From assembly GCA_030623125.1 (NCBI GenBank), contig JAUXMQ010000001.1:1-26353 (forward strand): DNA of 26,353 bases. The letters run 5' to 3'. Each line of letters opens with the position of its first letter. Position 1 is the stretch's first letter. Below the pieces are notes generated by a model. The model did not search any database. It was given only the letters and a program-made list of their open reading frames with translations, and was not told the DNA's origin. The stretch is from Acidimicrobiia bacterium (GTDB lineage: Bacteria > Actinomycetota > Acidimicrobiia > Spongiisociales > ZC4RG35). Shown here piece after piece: positions 1-7,763 of this stretch. The position numbers and the translations under genes are program-made.

Positions 1-1
1 G

Positions 2-463
2 GCCGAGCACATGTCGATTCACGCCTTTGAAGCGGGCGAGCCTCTCAGCGTCGAATCGGTCGCCCGTTACCGGCCGGAGCATCCCCGGTGTGGCACCAGC
101 TTCCTCCTCATCGTTGTGCACGGATCGATCATCATCTTCACGTTCATTGGCGTTCCGAGCGGAATCCTTTTTCTGGTTGCGTCCCGTCTCATCGGCATAC
201 CGATAATCGCGGGGATCGCCTACGAACTTCTCCGCTGGTCCGGGACGAGGCCCGGAGGCGGGTTCGCTCGTGTTCTGGCAGCGCCCGGGATCTGGCTTCA
301 GAAACTGACCACAGCGGTGCCCGATGAGTCTCAGATCGAAGTGGCAATATCCAGTCTCATGGTCGCCCTGGACACGGAGTCCGCCCTCGAGGTAGTTGAT
401 CGAGGCGGTGTGCCGGCCGTTGCCATGTCTGCCCGCAATGACGTTTTCGGCCGGGAGATGTGA
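2..463 (+). CDS. DUF1385 family membrane protein, 5'-truncated by the window edge
   Basis: The frame is open from base 2 (AEHMSIHAFE...). It carries the HPRCGTSF and WLQKLTT.VPD.SQIEVA motifs typical of DUF1385, which commonly lies upstream of prfA/prmC. Confidence 0.85.
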   Translation, partial: AEHMSIHAFEAGEPLSVESVARYRPEHPRCGTSFLLIVVHGSIIIFTFIGVPSGILFLVASRLIGIPIIAGIAYELLRWSGTRPGGGFARVLAAPGIWLQKLTTAVPDESQIEVAISSLMVALDTESALEVVDRGGVPAVAMSARNDVFGREM

Positions 464-1521
464 TGGACCCCGCATTCGAGATGCAGTTGGGTGAGATCGA
501 AAACACCTTTGAGGAAGTCGAGGCGTCGTTGAGCGACCCCGAGGTGATCTCCGATCCGGCCAAGCTCGCCGAGTTGGGGAAGAAGCATGCCGATCTGAGA
601 GATGTTGTCGGCGATATCCGTCGATGGCGTCAGGTCAGAACCGATCTCGATGAGGCAAGGGAGATGGCCGGTGACCCCGACATGGCGATCCTCGCCGAGG
701 AACTCGCATCCGAGATGGAGAGCATCGAAGCTCAGATAAAGACTGCTCTCATCCCGAAAGACCCCAACGACAAGAAAGATGTCATCCTGGAGATCCGCTC
801 GGCGGCCGGGGGTGACGAAGCCGCCATATGGGCAGGCGACTTGCTTCGGATGTATGAGAAGTACGCCGACAGGCTTGGATTCAAGATTGAAGCCCTTGAC
901 TCGTCCCCGTCGGAAACGGGTGGCTATGACAAGGTGACCGTCGCGGTGAAAGGTCGTGGTGCATATTCCAAACTCAAGTACGAGGGGGGAGTTCACCGGG
1001 TTCAACGGGTTCCCAAGACCGAGTCGCAGGGGCGAGTTCACACATCCACCGCCACCGTGGCTGTGTTGGCAGAAGCCGAGGAAGTTGACATCCAGATAGA
1101 CCCCAACGATGTGAGGGTCGACGTCTACCGGTCAACCGGGCCCGGTGGGCAATCGGTGAACACCACCGACTCCGCGGTGCGGCTGACCCATGAGCCGTCC
1201 GGTCTCGTTGTCTCGATGCAGGACGAGAAGAGCCAGCTACAGAACAAGGAAAAGGCCTGGCGCGTTTTGCGAGCCCGGCTGCTTCAAGCCAGCCAGGAGC
1301 GAGCGCAGGCCGAGTTGGCAGGGGAGCGTCGCACTCAAGTTGGTACCGGTGGTCGATCGGAGAAGATTCGGACCTACAACTACAAGGGCAATCGGGTCAC
1401 TGACCACCGCATCGGGTTGACCATTCGCCGCCTCGACCAGATTCTCGAAGGAGACCTCGACGGCTTTGTTGATGCTCTTGCCGCAGACAAACAGGCTCAG
1501 CTTCTCGCCAAGGGCGAGTGA
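463..1521 (+). CDS. prfA: Peptide chain release factor 1
   Basis: GPGGQ catalytic motif, PKT (PxT) stop-recognition motif and HRVQRVP..ESQGRVHTS. The ATG at 463 overlaps the upstream TGA (TGATG); the ORF track starts one codon earlier at GTG 460. Confidence 0.98.
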   Translation: MDPAFEMQLGEIENTFEEVEASLSDPEVISDPAKLAELGKKHADLRDVVGDIRRWRQVRTDLDEAREMAGDPDMAILAEELASEMESIEAQIKTALIPKDPNDKKDVILEIRSAAGGDEAAIWAGDLLRMYEKYADRLGFKIEALDSSPSETGGYDKVTVAVKGRGAYSKLKYEGGVHRVQRVPKTESQGRVHTSTATVAVLAEAEEVDIQIDPNDVRVDVYRSTGPGGQSVNTTDSAVRLTHEPSGLVVSMQDEKSQLQNKEKAWRVLRARLLQASQERAQAELAGERRTQVGTGGRSEKIRTYNYKGNRVTDHRIGLTIRRLDQILEGDLDGFVDALAADKQAQLLAKGE

Positions 1522-1543
1522 TCGGCTGTGGCTTGGGTCCTTT

Positions 1544-1945
1544 CTAGGCGTCCTCGGTGTCCAATCCGGCTGCAAGTGAGTAGATGATCAGGATACCCAG
1601 AGTGATGATCAGCAATGACCAGAATGGTGTGCCGTGCAGGAAGAACATATGGCCGACAACTACCAATGATGCCCAGGCAATCCCTACCAAACGGGCCCAG
1701 GTTCTGCCGTTCAGGATCCCGACCGAAGCTGCTATCTGCACAACGCCGAACACCAGGAGCAGCCAACCCCACGCGGTCGCGTCCACAAACAGGAGGCCTT
1801 CGTTCGTCAGCACGAGAAACTCGCTATTGAATAGCAGAAGAAGTCCGTAGATCAGGTTCATGGTTCCCATGATCCCGGCGAGGATTCCTCCGAATACGGC
1901 AAGACCCGGATGCGAATATTCTTTGAACAAGTCTGAATCTGTCAT
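1544..1945 (-). CDS. Small 4-TM membrane protein, DUF7144-like actinobacterial family
   Basis: 133 aa with four hydrophobic segments, a WGW..L..G motif and WAR..GI. GGGAG Shine-Dalgarno (SD) site just upstream of the ATG. Family assignment is by recalled pattern only. Confidence 0.65.
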   Translation of the reverse strand: MTDSDLFKEYSHPGLAVFGGILAGIMGTMNLIYGLLLLFNSEFLVLTNEGLLFVDATAWGWLLLVFGVVQIAASVGILNGRTWARLVGIAWASLVVVGHMFFLHGTPFWSLLIITLGILIIYSLAAGLDTEDA

Positions 1946-2011
1946 TGATCTCCCAGATAGTCGGTCGAGGATCTACCAGCCACTACCGTTTCAGGCGTTC
2001 AACGCCACCGA

Positions 2012-2767
2012 ATGTGTCAGAAGGTGTCAGACTTGGTAACGATGGACTCCATTCCGGAGCATGAACTCAGCCGCCTCGAGGCTTTGGCGAGGACCGATCA
2101 GCCGTTGGAGATGCTCATCGAGCGCAGAAAGAACGGTGAGCCGCTCCAGTACATCGAGGGAACGGCAGCTTTCGGGCCCCTCGAACTGCGGGTGGATGAC
2201 CGCGTGCTGATTCCCAGGCCGGAGACGGAGGGACTATTCGAGATCGCTTCTCGAATGGTACGCCACCCTGAGGTGATCCTGGATCTCTGCACCGGTTCCG
2301 GCGCCCTGGCCCTTGCCCTCAAGAACGAGTTTCCTGGAACATCGGTGTTTGCCACCGATATCTCCGAGGATGCGATCGACGTCGCCCTTGCCAACAGACA
2401 TGCCACAGGCCTCGATATCTACTTGGCAGTCGGTGACCTTTTCGATCCTTTGCCGGCGTCTTTGCTTGGTGAAGTCGACCTGGTGGTGGCCAATCCGCCA
2501 TACGTTTCAGATGTCGACTTCCTGACCCTGCCCGAGGATGTGCAGCGGGAGCCAAAGGTGGCCCTCGTCAGCGGCCCAACGGGGTTGGAGGTGATTCAAC
2601 GAATCGGCGTTTCGGTTGCCGAGTGGTTGCGTCCCGGCGGGGTGGTGATTTGCGAGATAGGTGAGAGCCAGGGTGTCGCCGCGAGTATCTGCTTCACCGA
2701 TCTCCCCGCAGTGGTGCGGCAGGATATTGTTGGTCGCGATCGGTACGTGGTCGCAGTCAAGCCGTGA
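2012..2767 (+). CDS. prmC: Release factor glutamine methyltransferase (HemK/PrmC); start codon uncertain (2012, 2024 or 2042)
   Basis: RR..GEPLQYI, VLIPRPETE, LDLCTGSG (SAM motif I) and NPPY. Located near prfA. Confidence 0.93.
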   Translation: MCQKVSDLVTMDSIPEHELSRLEALARTDQPLEMLIERRKNGEPLQYIEGTAAFGPLELRVDDRVLIPRPETEGLFEIASRMVRHPEVILDLCTGSGALALALKNEFPGTSVFATDISEDAIDVALANRHATGLDIYLAVGDLFDPLPASLLGEVDLVVANPPYVSDVDFLTLPEDVQREPKVALVSGPTGLEVIQRIGVSVAEWLRPGGVVICEIGESQGVAASICFTDLPAVVRQDIVGRDRYVVAVKP

Positions 2768-3321
2768 TCGAAGAGGCTGTAGAGGCCATTCACTCCAGTC
2801 AGGTCGTTGGGATCCCGACTGACACCGTCTACGGGCTCGCGGCCGACCCTCAAGAGAGGGAGGCGGTGAGTCGTCTCTTCGAGATCAAGGGGAGACCGGA
2901 GCACAAGCCGGTTGGCCTGCTGATTGCATCCGTGGAACAGGCAAAGACAATTGGCGAGATCGAAGGTGTGGGCGAAGAGTTAGCCAGAGCGCACTGGCCC
3001 GGCCCGCTGACGATGGTCGTCACACCGAGGGTGATTCTCTATGACTGGGTGGGTGACGCCTATCTTCGGACAATCGGCATCAGGGTTCCGGACCACCCGG
3101 TGGCTCGTGAGCTGCTCGAACGGATCGGGCCGCTCGTGGTCACATCGGCCAACCGATCCGGCGGAAAAGAGGTCATGAGTGATATCGAGGCGCGTCGCAT
3201 CTTTGGCGAAGAGGTTGCTGTTTACGTTGAAGGCAAGTGCCCCGGGGGAGAGGCGTCAACTGTTGTCGATGTCACTGGCGCGCACGCTGTGATTCTCCGG
3301 AAGGGACCCGTTTCGATCTGA
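2764..3321 (+). CDS. tsaC: L-threonylcarbamoyladenylate synthase, short TsaC/YrdC type without a Sua5 C-terminal domain
   Basis: [28 protein letters not shown] and TSANRSG motifs. GTGA overlap with prmC. Confidence 0.93.
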   Translation: MIEEAVEAIHSSQVVGIPTDTVYGLAADPQEREAVSRLFEIKGRPEHKPVGLLIASVEQAKTIGEIEGVGEELARAHWPGPLTMVVTPRVILYDWVGDAYLRTIGIRVPDHPVARELLERIGPLVVTSANRSGGKEVMSDIEARRIFGEEVAVYVEGKCPGGEASTVVDVTGAHAVILRKGPVSI

Positions 3322-3325
3322 CGGT

Positions 3326-3337
3326 TACGCTCGTTCC
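3326..3337 (+). promoter_or_regulatory. Predicted -10 element (TACGCT) for a leaderless glyA transcript
   Basis: TANNNT hexamer at 3326-3331, then 6 nt, then the ATG at 3338. No SD sequence. Confidence 0.55.
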
Positions 3338-4609
3338 ATGATCTCCATGGACACAATCGAGCAGGTTGATCCTGCAATTGCCGGGCTCATTCGCAAGGAC
3401 CTCGAGCGGCAGAACACCCACATTCACCTCATCGCCTCGGAGAACTTTGTGTCTCCGGCAGTCATGACGGCATCCGGCTCGGTCTTCACCAACAAATACG
3501 CCGAGGGTTACCCGGGCCGCCGTTATTACGAGGGCTGCCAGGTGGTCGATGAAATGGAGCAATTGACCATCGACCGCGCCAAGGCGCTGTTCGACGCCGA
3601 GTACGCCAATGTCCAGACCCACTCGGGAGCTCAGGCGAACATGGCTGTCTACTTCTCTCTGCTCGAGCCGGGTGACACCGTGCTGGGGATGCGACTCGAC
3701 CACGGCGGCCATCTGACCCATGGCTCCCATGTCAACTTTTCCGGGCTCTACTACGACTTTGTCGCCTATGGCGTCGACGCCGACACCGAGATCATCGACA
3801 TGGCCGAGGTGCGTCGGTTGGCTCGGGAGCACAAGCCGAAGATCGTGCTGGCGGGTTACTCGGCCTATTCACGAACACTCGATTATGAGGGTTTCAGGGA
3901 GATTGCCGAGGAGGTCGGCGCTGTCTTCATGGTCGATGCTGCTCATTTCATTGGCCTCGTCGCCGGCAAGTCGCACCCTTCGCCGGTGCCTTTCGCCGAT
4001 GTGGTGACCGGCACCACACACAAGGCCCTGCGCGGCCCACGCGGCGGGCTGATCCTTGGGAAAGAGGAGTTCGGGCAGGCAATCAACAAGGCGGTGTTTC
4101 CCAACGTTCAGGGCGGACCGATCGAGTCCCAGGTGGCGGCCAAGGCGGTTTGTTTCCATGAGGCCGCACAACCGGCGTTTCACGACTACACATCCCAGAT
4201 CGTCGCCAACGCCCGGGCCATGGCGGAGACCGTCCAGTCTGAGGGAATCCGCGTTGTCTCCGGAGGCACCGACAATCACCTCTTCCTCATCGATCTGAGG
4301 TCTGTAGATGAGGATTTGACCGGCAAGGAGGCGGCCAAGATGCTCGACGGGGTTGGCATCACACTCAACTTCAACACGATTCCGAACGATCCCCGGCCGC
4401 CGTTTCGGGCATCAGGTCTGCGTATCGGTACTCCGGCGATGACGACTCAGGGGATGAAGGAAACCCAGGCATCCGAGGTCGCATCGCTCATTTCCAGGGC
4501 CTTGAAGGAAAGGGACGACGGGGCGGCGCTGGCAGAGGTGACGGCGAGAGTTGCGGATCTGGCGGCTGAGTTCACGCCTTATCCATCGGACTTCTCAGGT
4601 CACGTGTAG
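3338..4609 (+). CDS. glyA: Serine hydroxymethyltransferase
   Basis: [30 protein letters not shown] (PLP lysine), GPRGG, GGTDNHL and SGLRIGTP. Confidence 0.96.
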   Translation: MISMDTIEQVDPAIAGLIRKDLERQNTHIHLIASENFVSPAVMTASGSVFTNKYAEGYPGRRYYEGCQVVDEMEQLTIDRAKALFDAEYANVQTHSGAQANMAVYFSLLEPGDTVLGMRLDHGGHLTHGSHVNFSGLYYDFVAYGVDADTEIIDMAEVRRLAREHKPKIVLAGYSAYSRTLDYEGFREIAEEVGAVFMVDAAHFIGLVAGKSHPSPVPFADVVTGTTHKALRGPRGGLILGKEEFGQAINKAVFPNVQGGPIESQVAAKAVCFHEAAQPAFHDYTSQIVANARAMAETVQSEGIRVVSGGTDNHLFLIDLRSVDEDLTGKEAAKMLDGVGITLNFNTIPNDPRPPFRASGLRIGTPAMTTQGMKETQASEVASLISRALKERDDGAALAEVTARVADLAAEFTPYPSDFSGHV

Positions 4610-4633
4610 ACCGCCGCGCGGAGAATTCGTCAT

Positions 4634-5554
4634 ATGAGAATCGGCCTCATCAACCAGCTCCACGGTGGACCGGGCGGTGCTCAACCGGCCCCAACCTGGG
4701 AGTCCATCTCAACGAGAGCCGTTGCCGCCGAGGCCGCGGGCTTTGATATCTTCGTATTCGAGGATTCCCTTCTGTACCGCTGGGAAGAGCACACCGATGG
4801 TGTCTGGGAGTCGGTTTCGATAGCGGCCGCGCTAGCCGCCACCACCAAGCGGATTCGGATCGGCCAGTCGGTGATCAACTCGCCGTACCGGTCTCCGGCG
4901 ATGACCGCGAGCATCGCCACGACACTCGATGAGATCTCTGGTGGGCGTTTCATCCTTGGCATCGGAGCCGGCAACACCTTCGATTCGGACTACGAGGCCT
5001 TCGGGTTCCCAACCGACAAGCGTTATTCGCGTTTTGCCGAGGCGATACAGATCATTCATACCCTGCTGAAGAATGGCCAAATCGATTTCGAGGGCGAGTT
5101 CTACACGGTCAAGGAGGGTGAGTTGGTGCTGCGAGGCCCCAGTCCTACCGGCCCACAAATCAACATTGCTGCGGGAGGGTCAAGAATGTTGGAGCTTGTC
5201 GCCAAATACGCAGATGAATGGAACTGGTGGGGGTGGGACGAGACATTCGATGAGATTCAGATCAGGCTGGATCCAATCATCGAGACTCTTGAGCTCGCTT
5301 GTGAAGAAGAAGGGAGAGACCCGTCGACGTTGGTGCGCACGTTCGATCTGTACACGGTGGTACCGGAAGGCTTCAGTGCTGAGGGCTCAGACTTGGTGCA
5401 TCCGGTTTCGGGCACATCGAGCCAGGTGGCCGAAACACTCCTGGCGCTGGGTGAGCTGGGGTTTGCCGAAATCCGATGTGATGTCTTCCCGAAGACGATC
5501 GAGGCGATCGAAGCGATGCAGCCGGTAGTGGAGTTGGTGAACAGGGAGGGTTGA
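4634..5554 (+). CDS. LLM-class (luciferase-like) flavin/F420-dependent oxidoreductase
   Basis: AEAAGFD, A.TLDEISGGRFILGIGAG and AAGG.RML.L.AKYADEWN pattern. GGAG SD upstream. Confidence 0.85.
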   Translation: MRIGLINQLHGGPGGAQPAPTWESISTRAVAAEAAGFDIFVFEDSLLYRWEEHTDGVWESVSIAAALAATTKRIRIGQSVINSPYRSPAMTASIATTLDEISGGRFILGIGAGNTFDSDYEAFGFPTDKRYSRFAEAIQIIHTLLKNGQIDFEGEFYTVKEGELVLRGPSPTGPQINIAAGGSRMLELVAKYADEWNWWGWDETFDEIQIRLDPIIETLELACEEEGRDPSTLVRTFDLYTVVPEGFSAEGSDLVHPVSGTSSQVAETLLALGELGFAEIRCDVFPKTIEAIEAMQPVVELVNREG

Positions 5555-5568
5555 CCACCGTGGGCTTT

Positions 5569-6945
5569 CTATGGTGATTGTCCGTTGGTGATGTAGGTGT
5601 GGCCGAGGGGGCTGGTCCAGATGTGGCGCCCGTTGTGGTAGCGGTGTGTCCATCCGTGGTCTTTGAGGATGTGGTCGTGGCGGCATTTGGGGTTGATATT
5701 GGTTTTGGTGGTGGGTCCGCCTTGGGCCCAGGGGATGTTGTGGTCTAGATCGCAGTCTTCTGCTGGCATCCGACAACCCGGGAAGACACAGGTGGGGTGT
5801 AAAGCGTGTATCTGCCGGATTTGGGCGGCGGTTGGTCTTCTCCGGGTGGTTTCAGCAAGGATGAGCTCACCGTTGTTGTCGGTGACGGTCACCCGCCATT
5901 CGGCTTTCTGCTGGGCGAAAGCGACTTTGCGGGCGACGTCGGCAATGACGGGGCCCATTCCGGGGATCTCGCCGGCTTTGTCGTCGAGTCCGGCCAGGGT
6001 GGTCAGGTCGACTCGTATGTCGACCAGACCACGGTTGTCGAATCCGGTTAGGTCTTTTCCTAGTATCAGATCGCAGAGAATGTCGGCTCGTAGCTGGTCG
6101 TGACGTCTGGAATCGCCGTCATTCTTCAATGAGATCATGTGGCCGTTGACCATTCGTCCGATCGCCGAAGCAGTAGCGATAGGAATATCGAGCAAATGGA
6201 CGTTTCCGGTGCCGTCGACTGTTGGTTCGATCCATAGCCGGCGTTCCTCGACCGCGTACTCGTAGCGCTTCTCCGACTCTTCAGGGTCGGTCTGGATGCA
6301 GAGCTTGCGGATCCATGCCTGCAGTTGACCGGTGGTGAGTTTTGGAGCCCGGCCGGCGATCTGGTCGACGATGGCCCGTGCCTCTGACTCGGGTAAGTGC
6401 TCCGCTCCATTGATGATGACCCGGGCTCGCTGCCAATCAATGAGACCTCGGTCGAGCATCTCCCAGATCCGGGGGAGTCGTTCGACGAGTTCGCTGGCAT
6501 CGGACAGGCGACTCTCAGCGGCCCGGCGGGTCAAGGTGAGGGCGGCCCGGATCTCGTCGGAGGCAAACTCTGCCGCTTCCTCGATTTGCTCAGGGGGTGA
6601 TTCGGCGTTTCCCGGGGCCGAGTAGGAGATCTCGACGGCATCGGCCATCGATCCCGCCTGATGATGGGATACCTGACGTTCCTGAGCGACCATGGTGCGA
6701 ACCAGCTCATGTCCGTTGAGTTTTGACCGGTCGATTTGAGCTAGGGCCATAGAGAGGAGGGGGCCGGGGGGAATGAGATCAAAACTGGCAGGGAGTTGAT
6801 GACGGTCGGTGATGGGGGAGTCTTGACCGAACGCCTCTTGGGTCAACTGGTAGACCAGTTCATCGAACTCGTCGTCGAAAAGCGGGTCGTAGCTGTCGGT
6901 CTCCCCCGCCAAGAGTCCGACCTCAACAGTCTGAGCGTCGAACAT
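5569..6945 (-). CDS. DUF222-domain / HNH endonuclease-signature protein (13E12 repeat-like family), 458 aa from ATG 6945
   Basis: DUF222-like core (A..L..RLP....L..G.ID..RA..I; RR....LRAD.L..L; G.IPG.GP) and a C-terminal CVFPGC...CDLDH..PW..GGPT...N..KCRHDH HNH motif. Start moved from TTG 6981 to ATG 6945 (MFD...) on promoter evidence. Confidence 0.88.
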   Translation of the reverse strand: MFDAQTVEVGLLAGETDSYDPLFDDEFDELVYQLTQEAFGQDSPITDRHQLPASFDLIPPGPLLSMALAQIDRSKLNGHELVRTMVAQERQVSHHQAGSMADAVEISYSAPGNAESPPEQIEEAAEFASDEIRAALTLTRRAAESRLSDASELVERLPRIWEMLDRGLIDWQRARVIINGAEHLPESEARAIVDQIAGRAPKLTTGQLQAWIRKLCIQTDPEESEKRYEYAVEERRLWIEPTVDGTGNVHLLDIPIATASAIGRMVNGHMISLKNDGDSRRHDQLRADILCDLILGKDLTGFDNRGLVDIRVDLTTLAGLDDKAGEIPGMGPVIADVARKVAFAQQKAEWRVTVTDNNGELILAETTRRRPTAAQIRQIHALHPTCVFPGCRMPAEDCDLDHNIPWAQGGPTTKTNINPKCRHDHILKDHGWTHRYHNGRHIWTSPLGHTYITNGQSP

Positions 6946-6953
6946 ACGTTCGA
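6938..6953. promoter_or_regulatory. LexA operator (SOS box) TCGAAC-ATAC-GTTCGA
   Basis: Perfect TCGAAC-N4-GTTCGA palindrome, the actinobacterial LexA consensus. It overlaps the last base of the -10 element and the start codon of the DUF222-HNH gene. Confidence 0.88.
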
Positions 6954-6981
6954 TCGTACCCAACGCTCCTCCAGAAGTCAA
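6946..6981 (-). promoter_or_regulatory. SigA-type promoter TTGACT-N17-TACGAT, leaderless, for the DUF222-HNH gene
   Basis: On the minus strand: -35 TTGACT (6981-6976), a 17-bp spacer, -10 TACGAT (6958-6953), 7 nt, then ATG at 6945. Confidence 0.8.
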
Positions 6982-7067
6982 GAGGCTTCTTCAAAGGTGG
7001 TCCAACGAGGTAGCCAAGACGACTGTCCTCGATCAGTCCCGGCCGCTAGCCTTTGCTAGCTTCGATT

Positions 7068-7095
7068 TTGCCTATCCGATTGCCGTCCATAACCT
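7068..7095 (+). promoter_or_regulatory. Predicted atp operon promoter TTGCCT-N16-TAACCT
   Basis: TTG-starting hexamer at 7068-7073 and TANNNT at 7090-7095, about 30 bp upstream of the first atp gene. Confidence 0.5.
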
Positions 7096-7114
7096 TTGTG
7101 AAGCCGTTCACAAA
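7095..7114. promoter_or_regulatory. Palindromic operator TTTGTGAA-GCCG-TTCACAAA, Rex-type (also fits CRP-family TGTGA-N6-TCACA)
   Basis: Perfect 8-bp arms with a 4-bp spacer, immediately downstream of the predicted -10 of the atp operon. Confidence 0.75.
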
Positions 7115-7123
7115 CGAGTCCCT

Positions 7124-7360
7124 TTGAAACAACAACCAACAACAAGTCAGGTCGCCGGTGCCATCAATGATGGATGGCTGGAGGGTGGTTCGTTCGTCTC
7201 TTCGATACTCGCCGGCACCCTGCTGGGTCTTCTCGCCGACAATTGGCTGGGTACCGATCCATGGTTGGTCGTAATAGGGATAATCGTGGGCGCCTACTCA
7301 GGTTTTGTCAGAGTTTGGCGGTACTCGATAAAGATGGAAGAGGACCCGCGTGAGCGTTGA
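7124..7360 (+). CDS. AtpZ/AtpI-family (AtpQ-like) small 2-TM ATP synthase accessory protein
   Basis: Family pattern G.LLGLLADNWLGTDPWLVVIGIIVGAYSGF. First gene of the atp operon. TTG at 7124 is the only upstream in-frame start candidate. Confidence 0.8.
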   Translation: MKQQPTTSQVAGAINDGWLEGGSFVSSILAGTLLGLLADNWLGTDPWLVVIGIIVGAYSGFVRVWRYSIKMEEDPRER

Positions 7361-7763
7361 GAACCTGACACCGGTGGAGAGCATCCTGGCGCGTCACACC
7401 GTTGCCCGGGTTGTCTACGTGGGACCCGTCCTCGTTGGTCTCTTCGCTATCACCGGGGGCTGGACCGGGGCGTGGAGCGCCGCTCTGGGCTTGGCGGTTG
7501 TCATAGCCAACTTTCTGCTTGCCGGCGCCATTCTCTCGATTTCGGCAAGGATCAGCCTTCAGGCTTATCATGCCGCCGCCCTGATTGGCTTCATCCTGCG
7601 ACTGGGCTTGTTCGCCGGGGCTGTCTATCTGATAGCGGCACTGGTGGATGTTGACCGATTGGCCTTCGGGATCTCAGCGGTGGTCGGATACCTCACGCTG
7701 CTGATCATCGAAGCGATTGCTGTCTCCAAGGGGAAAGAAAGGGACCTGAGTTGGACCAACTGA
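7350..7763 (+). CDS. atpI: ATP synthase protein I (4-TM, AtpI/AtpR-like)
   Basis: Hydrophobic 137-aa protein with G...A.ANF and GFILRL motifs, directly before atpB. GAGGA SD and GTG start. Confidence 0.75.
   Translation: MSVENLTPVESILARHTVARVVYVGPVLVGLFAITGGWTGAWSAALGLAVVIANFLLAGAILSISARISLQAYHAAALIGFILRLGLFAGAVYLIAALVDVDRLAFGISAVVGYLTLLIIEAIAVSKGKERDLSWTN

Noticed and set aside
6946-6981. TTG start at 6981, or a GGAGGAG SD, for the DUF222-HNH gene
   Set aside because: The TTG is the -35 hexamer, and the GGAGGAG lies in the 17-bp spacer at the wrong distance from any start codon.
5551-7015. Terminal inverted repeats or a target-site duplication around the HNH gene
   Set aside because: Only a 7-bp GACCACC/GGTGGTC match was found, which is expected by chance. 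No IS boundaries can be supported.
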